The notes beneath the pieces are model-generated. The model searched no databases and was not told the DNA's origin. It saw only the letters and a list, made by a program, of their open reading frames with translations. Position numbers and translations under genes: made by a program. From positions 1 through 34,254 of the forward strand of contig JBASAN010000033.1 of assembly GCA_049650625.1 (NCBI GenBank): DNA of 34,254 bases. Reading direction: 5' to 3'. Each line of letters begins with the position of its first letter. Position 1 is the first letter of the stretch. Below, in pieces: positions 18,569-26,727 of the stretch. Source of the stretch: Ornithinimicrobium sp. GTDB lineage: Bacteria; Actinomycetota; Actinomycetes; Actinomycetales; Dermatophilaceae.

Positions 18569-19336
18569 TCAGACGATCGAGTAGCCACCGTCGACGACGA
18601 TGGACTCGCCCACGACATACCGAGAGGCATCGGAGGCCAAGAAGGTGACCAGACCGCGCAGGTCCGAAGGCTCACCCATGCGACCCGCCGGGATCCGCTG
18701 ACGCCAGCTCTCGCCGAGGTCGGGGTTGGCGTCGATGAACTTTCGGGTCATGTCCGAGAGGAAGTACCCCGGGGCGATCGCGTTGACCCGGATGCCCCTC
18801 GGGATCCATTCGGCGGCCAGCGAACGGGTGAGCTGGTCGACACCGGCTTTGGAGGCGTTGTACGCCGACTGGTGCTGCGGGGTGTTGACGACGAACGCCG
18901 ACATGGACGAGACGTTGACGATCACTCCGGTGCCCTGTGCCTCGAAGAGCGCATGCGCGAAGGCCTGGCAGCTGAGGAACGTGCCGGTGAGATTGACGTC
19001 GATCACCCGGCGCCAGTCCGGTGCGGGCATCGACTCGGCGTCCCCCCAGGTGGAGATGCCGGCCGCGTTGACCAGGACGGTGGGCGTGCCCAGCCTCTGC
19101 TCAACCTCCGCGTACGAACCGGCGAGCGCGTTCGGGTCGGTGACGTCACAGGTCAGCCCGATGCCACGGACACCTCGGCTGTGCGCCAGCTCCTCGGCCA
19201 CAACCGTGACAGGGCCTCCCACGTCGAGCAGGGCGACGTCAGCACCTTGCGTCGCCAAGGCATCGGCCATCTCCCAGCCCAAGCCGCGAGCTCCGCCGGT
19301 AACGACCGCAACGCTGTCCTTCAGGTCTTCAAACAT
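18569..19336 (-). CDS. SDR oxidoreductase (polyol/ketose dehydrogenase type)
   Basis: Motifs TGGARGLG, VNAAGI, NVSSMS and QSAYNASK (YxxxK); SD AAGGAG. Confidence 0.9.
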   Translation of the reverse strand: MFEDLKDSVAVVTGGARGLGWEMADALATQGADVALLDVGGPVTVVAEELAHSRGVRGIGLTCDVTDPNALAGSYAEVEQRLGTPTVLVNAAGISTWGDAESMPAPDWRRVIDVNLTGTFLSCQAFAHALFEAQGTGVIVNVSSMSAFVVNTPQHQSAYNASKAGVDQLTRSLAAEWIPRGIRVNAIAPGYFLSDMTRKFIDANPDLGESWRQRIPAGRMGEPSDLRGLVTFLASDASRYVVGESIVVDGGYSIV

Positions 19337-19391
19337 CGTGTCCGCTCCTTGGTGGTTCGACAGTGGACCTGGCCCCGGAAGACCGAAGCGC

Positions 19392-20294
19392 TCAGTGCAG
19401 TGCGGTGGTCGCCACCGCGTCCAGGTGGCCTCGGATGAACCGGTTGGCGTGCGCAGCGAGGTGATCGGAGTCCTGCCACAGGTTGCGCCAGATTCCGAGG
19501 GTGTTGCTCAGGCTCGGCGAGACTACGGCAGAGGAGAAGGACTCGAACACGATCGGCCCGTCGTAGCCGATCCGGCCCAGAGCCTTGAAGCAGGATTCGA
19601 AGTCGACCGAGCCTGTGCCCAGGTAGCCCCGGTGGCTCTCGCCGATATGCACGTATCCGAGTCGATCAGCGCAGTCGAGGAAGGGGCTGAAGAGGTCCAC
19701 CTCCTCGATGTTCATGTGGTACGTGTCGAGGTGGACGGTGCACTCCCGGTCAAGATCCTCGATGAATCGCAGCGCCTGACGCCCGGTGTTGAGCAGGTTG
19801 GTCTCATACCGGTTGACCACTTCCAGGCCCAGGGTGATCCCCAGCTGTTTCGCCCGGTCAGCGAGAAGACGCAGTGCCGACAGGCTGTGGTCGCGTCCCT
19901 GCGCGGTGAGTGGTGCCGAGTGCTTGGCCATCGCCCCGTAGAGCACCCCCACCAGGTGAGTCCCGCCCATGGTCGCCGTGGCCTCGAGCGCCGTCGTGAG
20001 CAGCTCACGGCCGGCCGCGACCACGCTCGGATCGTCGCTGCTGATGTCCGCCTGTGGCGGCAATCCCAGGCTCGAGGTGACCGCTAGCCCTTCGTCCTCG
20101 AGGGCCTGGCGTGCCGTTGCGCTGTCGAAGCTCCTCGGCTCCATCAGCGGGAACTCGACGAGGTCGAAGCCGGCCCGACGGGTCCGGCGGACCGCGTCGA
20201 CGATGCCGTGCTGGTCGAACGTGCCGGTCCAGACCAAAGCGTGGCAGCCGATCGGAGGTGTGCTGGTGTCCATGGCCACTGAGGCGCCCTTCAC
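19392..20294 (-). CDS. Ketose 3-epimerase (D-allulose/D-tagatose/L-ribulose 3-epimerase family); start at GTG 20294 or ATG 20273
   Basis: Metal/catalytic motifs LEVVNRYE, HLDTYHMNIEE, VHIGESHRGYLGTG, FESF and IWRNLW. Confidence 0.9.
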   Translation of the reverse strand: MKGASVAMDTSTPPIGCHALVWTGTFDQHGIVDAVRRTRRAGFDLVEFPLMEPRSFDSATARQALEDEGLAVTSSLGLPPQADISSDDPSVVAAGRELLTTALEATATMGGTHLVGVLYGAMAKHSAPLTAQGRDHSLSALRLLADRAKQLGITLGLEVVNRYETNLLNTGRQALRFIEDLDRECTVHLDTYHMNIEEVDLFSPFLDCADRLGYVHIGESHRGYLGTGSVDFESCFKALGRIGYDGPIVFESFSSAVVSPSLSNTLGIWRNLWQDSDHLAAHANRFIRGHLDAVATTALH

Positions 20295-21073
20295 GCGATG
20301 CGCTCAGCTACGCGCGCGGTCAACACGATCGGGTCGCCGTCGGTGATGGCCACCGTGTGCTCGACGTGGGCCCCCCGGGAGCCGTCCCTGCTGCGCAGCG
20401 TCCACCCGTCGGGGTCGGTGAACAGCTGATCGGTCGTATGCAGGAACCAGGGCTCGATGGCGATGACCAGTCCCGGGCGCAACGGGTAGCCGCGGCCCGC
20501 CTTGCCGTCGTTGGCGATGTGCGGCTCTCCGTGCATCGTGCGACCGACACCGTGACCGCCGAATTCGGTGTTGATCTTCAGCCCAGCACGTCGGCCGACC
20601 CCCGCGATGGCGGCGGAGATGTCACCGACGCGGTGGCCCGGGCGGGCGACGGCGATTGCGGCGTCGAGGGCCTGGGTTGCCGTCTCGATCAGCCCGACGT
20701 CCTCGGTGCGGGGGGTGCCCACGATGAGGCTCACCGCGGAGTCGCTGACCCAGCCATCCACCGAGACGGCGAAATCCAGGGTCAGCAGGTCTCCGTCCTG
20801 CAGTGCGTAGTCGTGCGGCAGACCGTGCAGCACCGCGTCGTTGACGGAGGTGCACAGCACCTTGCCGAACGGCATCGCCCCGAACGAGGGGTGGTAGTCG
20901 ATGTAGCAGGACTCGGCGCCGCGATCGCGGATCAACTGGTGGGCCAGTGCGTCCAGGTCGAGCAGGTTCACCCCGACTTGTGCGGCGTCGCTGAGCCGGG
21001 TCAGCGTGTCGGCGACGAAGCGACCAGCCGGGCGCATCGCGTCGACTTCGGCCGGCGTCTTGAGTTCGATCAT
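20291..21073 (-). CDS. map: Methionine aminopeptidase type I
   Basis: Motifs CTSVNDAVLHGLP, LDFAV..DGWVSDSA, GHGVG..MH.EP, AIEP and AHVEHT; TACGCT 6 nt before ATG 21073. Confidence 0.95.
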   Translation of the reverse strand: MIELKTPAEVDAMRPAGRFVADTLTRLSDAAQVGVNLLDLDALAHQLIRDRGAESCYIDYHPSFGAMPFGKVLCTSVNDAVLHGLPHDYALQDGDLLTLDFAVSVDGWVSDSAVSLIVGTPRTEDVGLIETATQALDAAIAVARPGHRVGDISAAIAGVGRRAGLKINTEFGGHGVGRTMHGEPHIANDGKAGRGYPLRPGLVIAIEPWFLHTTDQLFTDPDGWTLRSRDGSRGAHVEHTVAITDGDPIVLTARVAERIA

Positions 21074-21166
21074 GAGCCCAGCGTATGCAGGCATGGTGGC
21101 GGCGCCCTCATCGCTGACGCCTGCCCCCGACGAGCGTCGTCACAGGTCGACCCGTAGGTTCGAGGG

Positions 21167-21535
21167 ATGACCTTTCCTTTGAGTCGCATCCTGTCTGCCG
21201 CCACCGCCGCCTATGGTGTCTTCGCCCTGGTCAAGCCCGATCATCTCGGCTCCGCCCTGGAAGCGCCGAGAGACCAGATGCCCGCCTTCGACCTGATGGC
21301 CTACACCTACGCTGCACGGGACATCCCTGTCTCCGCTCTGGGCCTGTTCGCCTCCTCGCCGCAGCTGGTCACCGCCTCCATGCTGATGAGGATCGTCAGC
21401 GACTTCAGCGACGCGGCGATCCTGGGTATCAACATGAACGACCCGAAGGTGCGCAACAAGGCCCTGGGCGTGACGCTCGCGTGGGGCGCTCTCAACACTG
21501 CGGCCCTGCTGGTCGACCGACGTCACCAGGGGTAG
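21167..21535 (+). CDS. Small membrane protein (DUF4267-like)
   Basis: 122 aa with hydrophobic helices and an ARD motif; TAGGTT 6 nt before the ATG. Confidence 0.65.
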   Translation: MTFPLSRILSAATAAYGVFALVKPDHLGSALEAPRDQMPAFDLMAYTYAARDIPVSALGLFASSPQLVTASMLMRIVSDFSDAAILGINMNDPKVRNKALGVTLAWGALNTAALLVDRRHQG

Positions 21536-21626
21536 CAGCCAAGAGAGGGCCGATGGCTCCCTCCTCGGATGACGCCTACACTCGATAGTAGCCGCGTTGT
21601 CCCCTCCCTGTATCCGAGGAGTTTCC

Positions 21627-22199
21627 TTGAACCGCTCACCGCTGCGCTCGCTTGCCCCCGGCCTGGCCATTGGGGCTCTCCTCCTAGCCGGTTGCGGAGG
21701 GTCGGACGCCTCGTCCTCCGGCTCGGCCGACGATGAGAGCACGGCTCCCCGTGACGCCGCTATCGAGTTGGAACTGGACGATGGTTGGGTCAAAGCTGCT
21801 GATGAAGGAATGACCGCGGCCTTCGGCACGCTGCGCAACGACTCCGACGAGGACATCGTGCTGACCAGTGTGACCAGCGAGATCGCCGACGTCGGTGAAC
21901 TTCACGTGACCGAGGACGACGGGTCGGGGTCGATGGTGATGAAGCCCGCCGAGGATGGCTTCACGGTCCCGGCCGGAGGGGAGCACGAGCTCGAGCCCGG
22001 GGCCGACCACCTGATGCTGATGAGTCTGAACCAGTCCGTGGAGACGGGCACGATGGCGACGGTGACGGTGGGAGCCGACGACGGGCAGCAGTGGAGCTTC
22101 GAGGTGCCGGTGCGTGAGTTCGCCGGAGCAGATGAGTCCTACGACTCTGGTGAGTCGACGGGTGGCATGGACATGGACTCCGAAGACAGCAACGAGTAA
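21627..22199 (+). CDS. Copper chaperone PCu(A)C lipoprotein
   Basis: SD GAGGAG before TTG 21627; lipobox LLAGC; Cu motif ELH...MVM...HLMLM. Confidence 0.88.
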   Translation: MNRSPLRSLAPGLAIGALLLAGCGGSDASSSGSADDESTAPRDAAIELELDDGWVKAADEGMTAAFGTLRNDSDEDIVLTSVTSEIADVGELHVTEDDGSGSMVMKPAEDGFTVPAGGEHELEPGADHLMLMSLNQSVETGTMATVTVGADDGQQWSFEVPVREFAGADESYDSGESTGGMDMDSEDSNE

Positions 22200-22209
22200 C
22201 CGAGGTGCG

Positions 22210-23448
22210 ATGAGTTCGAGCGACCGCGAACAGGATCCGAGGCAACGCGCCGGAGCCAACCGCCGGACGTTCATCGGTGGTGGCCTGTTGTCTGTGGTGG
22301 CCGCCGGTGCCGGGGCGGCGGCAGCGACGTCGCTCGAGCGGGACAAGGTTGAGCCGACATCGCCGGAAGAGGCGATGGTCCTTCCTGGGGAGGTGGTGCA
22401 CACCTTCCACGGCGCACGGCAAGCCGGCATCGCCGAGCCGCCCCAGGCCGCATCGACCTTGATCGCCTTCGACCTGGACGAGGGCGGCGACCGTGAGCGC
22501 GTGCGTCGGCTGATGCGCATCTGGACCGACGACATCGAACGCTTGATGTCGGGTCGGGGCACCCTGACGGATCAGGAGCCCGAATTGGCCCAACGATCCG
22601 CCGGACTGACGGTGACCGTGGGGTGGGGGCCGCGACTGTTCGTCCTAGCGGAGTTGGAGGCGGTCCGACCGACATGGGCTCAGGATCTGCCGGCATTCAG
22701 CCACGACCAGTTGGATCCGGCCTATAGCGGCGGCGATCTGGTGCTGCAGATCAGCGCGCACAGTCCCATCACGGTGGCGCACGCCCAGCGACAGTTGACG
22801 ACCTCGTCGGCGGGACTGGCCTCGACCCGCTGGGTGCAGCCAGGCTTCCGCGAGCCGATGGAGTACCACGGATGGTCGATGCGCAACCTGTTCGGTCAGG
22901 TCGACGGCACCGTGCAGCCCCGTTTCGAGGGGCCGGACGCCGATCTGGTGTGGATCGGACCCGACGGGCCGACAGGATGGCAGCATGGCAGCTCGATGGT
23001 GGTCCGCCGTATCGCGATGAAGCTCGACGCCTGGGATCGGGTCGGTCGCACCGGTCGGGAGAACGCGATCGGTCGACACCTGGACGACGGCTCGCCCATC
23101 ACCGGGGGGCCTGTTGACGCACCCGTGGATCTGTCCGCGACGTTGGACAACGGCCTGCCGGTGGTCGATGGGGCTGCGCATGTGCGGCTAGCCGCGGCCA
23201 CGACCCGTCAGGAACAGTTCTTGCGCCGCCCCTACACCTACCAGGACATGGACGGGGGGGAGGTCCGGACAGGATTGGTGTTCGTGACCTACCAAGCGGA
23301 TCCGGTCCGCCAGTTTGTGCCCGTGCAGCAGCGTTTGGCCGACGGAGATCTGATGAACCTGTGGACGACTCCAGTGGGCTCGGCACTCTTCGCCGTACTG
23401 CCCGGGTGCTCGCCTGGTCGCTACCTCGGGCAGGATCTGCTGACCTAG
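22210..23448 (+). CDS. Tat-exported dye-decolorizing (DyP-type) peroxidase
   Basis: Tat signal NRRTFIGGG; GQVDG (GxxDG), proximal AAHVR and distal LRRPY. Confidence 0.9.
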   Translation: MSSSDREQDPRQRAGANRRTFIGGGLLSVVAAGAGAAAATSLERDKVEPTSPEEAMVLPGEVVHTFHGARQAGIAEPPQAASTLIAFDLDEGGDRERVRRLMRIWTDDIERLMSGRGTLTDQEPELAQRSAGLTVTVGWGPRLFVLAELEAVRPTWAQDLPAFSHDQLDPAYSGGDLVLQISAHSPITVAHAQRQLTTSSAGLASTRWVQPGFREPMEYHGWSMRNLFGQVDGTVQPRFEGPDADLVWIGPDGPTGWQHGSSMVVRRIAMKLDAWDRVGRTGRENAIGRHLDDGSPITGGPVDAPVDLSATLDNGLPVVDGAAHVRLAAATTRQEQFLRRPYTYQDMDGGEVRTGLVFVTYQADPVRQFVPVQQRLADGDLMNLWTTPVGSALFAVLPGCSPGRYLGQDLLT

Positions 23449-24179
23449 ACGACCAGGTATGCCGACAGCAGGGCGAACAACGCGAACCCCGTGGTGAGGG
23501 CAAAGGGGCCGAACCGGCTCGTGTCGCCCTCGTGGGCCTCGTGCACGATCTCTTCGACCACGACGCTGATCAACACACCCCCGGTGAGCGCCAGCACGGA
23601 CAGCGTGAGGACGTCCGGCGCGTTGCGCAGGGCGAAGTAGCCCAGGGCGGCGCCGATGATGACCGGGGCCCCAAAGGCTGCTCCCATCGTCTAGCGGGTC
23701 CGGCGAGGCACGCCGGCCCGGCGTAGTGAGGCCAGCGCCGCAAAACCTTCGGGGAGGTCAGCGGGCACCTGACCGAGGGCAAGGAGCAGGCCCAGGCTCG
23801 GGTCGATCAGGGTGGCGGTGCCGATCATCACACCATCGCTGAAGAGGTCGAGCGTGACACCGGTGTAGATCGCCAGCGGTCCCGTGGACCCGTCGGCACC
23901 CACGAACCGGTGCTTCACGATGCCGATGGCCCGCTCGATGCCAAGGAAGAGCAGACCCCCGGCCGCGAAGGCTGCGATAGGGATCCACGGCGAGGAAGAC
24001 GTCATGGCCTCGGGCAGCAGCTCCAGACCGACGACCGCGAGGACCACGCCGGCGGCCACATGGAGGGCGATGCTCAGAGTGCGCTCGGAGACCTGGGTCA
24101 GCTCCGATGCGACCGCGCCGAGGACGTTGCCCGCAGCAGGCAGGGCGGCGAACGCCAGGACGAGAAGGAAGCCCTCCAT
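23445..24179 (-). pseudogene. ZIP/ZupT-family metal transporter interrupted by an in-frame TAG at 23693-23691
   Basis: The two ORF-track pieces are in the same frame (…RRTR*TMGAAF…). ZIP-like motifs include AAGVVLAVVGLELLPEA, DLFSDG, QVPADLPEG and EEIVHEAH. TGATG coupling to the ArsR stop. Confidence 0.75.
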
Positions 24180-24586
24180 CACCGGGCGTGGTCCTGTGCC
24201 TCGGCGTCGGGGTGAGCCTCGGCGCCGTTCTTCGCATGAGCATGGGTGTGCTCGGCACAGAGCGTGACGGCATACCCCGTGGCGGCGAGTACCTGCTCGG
24301 CCGCCGCGAGCATGTCGTTCAGCGGAATGGGTGCGAGTGCATACATCGAGGCCCGGCCCTTGCTACGGCGCGAGAGGAGTCCGCAGTCGAACAAACAGGC
24401 CAGGTGTGCGGAGACGGTGGACTGGGCGAGGCCGAGATGCTCCGTCAGATCGACGACTCGATGCTCGCCCAGGCTCAGGTGCTGGATGATCATCAACCGG
24501 GTGGGGTCGGCCAGGCTACGAAACAGGCATGCCGCCGCCTCCAGAGGGGGAGCGGTGGGACCGGACGGCGCCTCTATCATCGTCAT
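24179..24586 (-). CDS. ArsR/SmtB family metal-sensing repressor, CmtR-like
   Basis: Motifs LFRSLADPTRL and QSTVSAHLACLFDCGLL (CxxxC in helix 4), a C-terminal Cys (VTLC) and a His-rich tail. Confidence 0.88.
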   Translation of the reverse strand: MTMIEAPSGPTAPPLEAAACLFRSLADPTRLMIIQHLSLGEHRVVDLTEHLGLAQSTVSAHLACLFDCGLLSRRSKGRASMYALAPIPLNDMLAAAEQVLAATGYAVTLCAEHTHAHAKNGAEAHPDAEAQDHAR

Positions 24587-25553
24587 ATGGCGATGATAGC
24601 GTCCTTACGCGATGCCGATACCGCCGGGCCCGGGACCGCCGGTGAGCCTGGGACCACCATGCGAGCGTGAGGAGCCCCGTGACAAGCCACTCCACCCGCG
24701 AAGTCAGTCGGATAGCGGCGTCGATATCGGAGTCGACCGGTCGCCGACCCTCTCCCAGCCGCGGTCGGTTCTCGATCCGAGCGCCGTAGCGCAACGGGCC
24801 CCCGAGCTCCACCCCGAGCGCCGCTGCCACCGAAGCCTCAGCGATACCCGCGTTGGGGGAGGGGTGAGCCGGTGCATCACGCCGCGCCGCCGTCCACACC
24901 GCGAGTGCCCGGTGGGGCTGCGCCATCGCGACCAGCAGGGCGAAGACGCGTGCGGGCACATAGTTCGCGATGTCGTCGGTGCGGGCAGCTGCCCAGCCGA
25001 AGTGTTCGTAGCGGTCGTTGCGGTGGCCCACCATCGCGTCCATGGTGTTCACCGCCCGGTATGCCGCCGCGCCCGGTGCACCCGCCAGCGCGGCCCAACA
25101 CAGGGGTGCGATGACGGCGTCGACGCTGTTCTCGGCCAGCGACTCGACCACCGCCGCCGCGATCCCGGAGGCGTCCAGCGTGCTCGGATCACGGCCGACC
25201 AAGGAGGGGAGCAGAGCACGGGCGCCGTCAAGATCCCCGGCGCTCAACCGCTCCTGGATACTTCGCGAGACACGTCGCAGCTCGTCGCCGGCGACACAGA
25301 GGGCCACCGCAGGGGCGGTGAAGCCTATCGCCGTTCCCGCCGAAGCTCCCAGCGTGAGGCCAGCGATGGCATACCCGACTCCGGCTCCACGACCATCAGC
25401 CCAGACACGCTGCTCGAGGTGGCCCATTGCGGTGCCGAACCACGCGACGGGATGCCAGCGGGTCGGTGGCTCGGCGAAGGCACGGTCCAGCAGGAGTCCG
25501 AGAGCGGCCCCACCCGCCCTGCGGCTGCACCGGCTCAGGGTGTGTCTTCTCAC
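24516..25553 (-). CDS. cbiB: Adenosylcobinamide-phosphate synthase (CbiB/CobD family)
   Basis: Motifs HPVAWFG, LVGRD, ESLAENSVDAVIAP, YRAVNTMDAMVGH and HPSPNAG..EA; GTGA overlap with cobU. It has an atypical 44-aa tail. Confidence 0.9.
   Translation of the reverse strand: MRRHTLSRCSRRAGGAALGLLLDRAFAEPPTRWHPVAWFGTAMGHLEQRVWADGRGAGVGYAIAGLTLGASAGTAIGFTAPAVALCVAGDELRRVSRSIQERLSAGDLDGARALLPSLVGRDPSTLDASGIAAAVVESLAENSVDAVIAPLCWAALAGAPGAAAYRAVNTMDAMVGHRNDRYEHFGWAAARTDDIANYVPARVFALLVAMAQPHRALAVWTAARRDAPAHPSPNAGIAEASVAAALGVELGGPLRYGARIENRPRLGEGRRPVDSDIDAAIRLTSRVEWLVTGLLTLAWWSQAHRRSRARRYRHRVRTLSSPYDDDRGAVRSHRSPSGGGGMPVS
24574..24599. promoter_or_regulatory. 26-bp palindromic operator centred on the ArsR start codon and covering its -10 (TATCAT)
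   Basis: CTATCATCG-T-CATATG-G-CGATGATAG; 12 of 13 dyad pairs match. Confidence 0.75.
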
Positions 25554-26107
25554 GGCTGTGTAGCCCGGTAGGCGACAGGGTCGAACGTCGTCAGCGGGAC
25601 GACACAGCCAGCCACGACGAAGAGCACGTGGTCGGCCACGGCGGCGACGTCCTGGTTCAGCGTCCCGACCGCGTCGACGTATCGGCGACCTACCTCGGTG
25701 GGAGGGTGGACAGCCAGGCCCACCTCTTCGCTCACGACGATGACATGACCGTCGTGGCCCACGAGCGCATCGAGTAGGCCTGAAGAGTCGACGGCGAAGT
25801 CTTCATGACAGGCCACCCAGGTTCCGAGGGAGTCGACGAGGACCACGCCCATCGAGCTCCGCAGATGGGTGACGAGGTCCCGGGGGTGCGCGCAGTCGAG
25901 CGTGGACCATGTCGCAGGGCGTCGGGCCTGGTGCACCTCGATCCGGGCCGCGAAGTCGGCATCCACGGCCGGTGGTGCGGTCGCGATGTAGGTCACGCCT
26001 GGCCGCCCGTGACCTGCTGGCCCCTGCGACGCCGACTCCGCGGAAGCCAGTCGCTCCGCCACCAGGGACTTGCCCGACCGGGTGCCACCGAGCACCACCG
26101 TGATCAT
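25550..26107 (-). CDS. cobU: Bifunctional adenosylcobinamide kinase/cobinamide-phosphate guanylyltransferase
   Basis: Motifs GGTRSGKS, YIATA, RIEVHQARRP..W, VSEEVG and G.LNQ. Confidence 0.92.
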   Translation of the reverse strand: MITVVLGGTRSGKSLVAERLASAESASQGPAGHGRPGVTYIATAPPAVDADFAARIEVHQARRPATWSTLDCAHPRDLVTHLRSSMGVVLVDSLGTWVACHEDFAVDSSGLLDALVGHDGHVIVVSEEVGLAVHPPTEVGRRYVDAVGTLNQDVAAVADHVLFVVAGCVVPLTTFDPVAYRATQP

Positions 26108-26727
26108 CGGGGCTTCGATCCCGACAGCACGGCGGCATACACCGCGAGCGCTGTCCGCCCACCCCAGAGCGAGCGCGGGCCGCCGAAGACCTCCGCTGCG
26201 CCTGACGTCGGACAGGTGATGGCTACCGCGTCGGAGGCCGTCCCGGTCCCCGGCACCCCAGCGTCGTGCAGTGCTTGAGTCTTGGCCTCGGTCATGGTCA
26301 TCACGATGTTGATGAGCGCCGCCTCGGTCAACCGCACCGGCAGCTGCACCACGATGTTGATCGTGCCTGGAGTCCAGGGGGTGAAGCCGCCGCTGCGGTC
26401 GGCGGCCCAGGTGGGCGAGGTGACCCCCACGGTGGCCTCGACCAGGACGCCTTTTTCGACCGTGGACTTCACCCGGGCCACGTCGGCCGCGGTGAAGAAG
26501 GTGGCACCAGGCCCGGGCAGGTCAAGGCTGGAGGCCACCTCCGCAGCATGCTCCTCCAGGTCCGTGCGGTCGTAGCGCTTGGGCACCCCCACGTTCATCA
26601 ACCACCTGCGCGGGCCGAGTCCCCCGCCGACCGACGCTGAGGTCAGCATGGTGACGGGCTCCGCGAAGCGCCAACACAGCACACCTCGGTGTCCCGGTGC
26701 CGGCGGCACGACCTCGTGAGGTTTCAC
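26104..26727 (-). CDS. cbiZ: Adenosylcobinamide amidohydrolase
   Basis: Motifs FTAA, ATVG, GTINI, TEAKTQAL and GTGTASDA; located inside the cob operon. Confidence 0.85.
   Translation of the reverse strand: MKPHEVVPPAPGHRGVLCWRFAEPVTMLTSASVGGGLGPRRWLMNVGVPKRYDRTDLEEHAAEVASSLDLPGPGATFFTAADVARVKSTVEKGVLVEATVGVTSPTWAADRSGGFTPWTPGTINIVVQLPVRLTEAALINIVMTMTEAKTQALHDAGVPGTGTASDAVAITCPTSGAAEVFGGPRSLWGGRTALAVYAAVLSGSKPR

Noticed and set aside
23691..23693. Pyrrolysine recoding of the ZIP amber codon
   Set aside because: There are no pyl genes in the window, the protein class is wrong, and TAG is used as an ordinary stop by many neighbouring genes.
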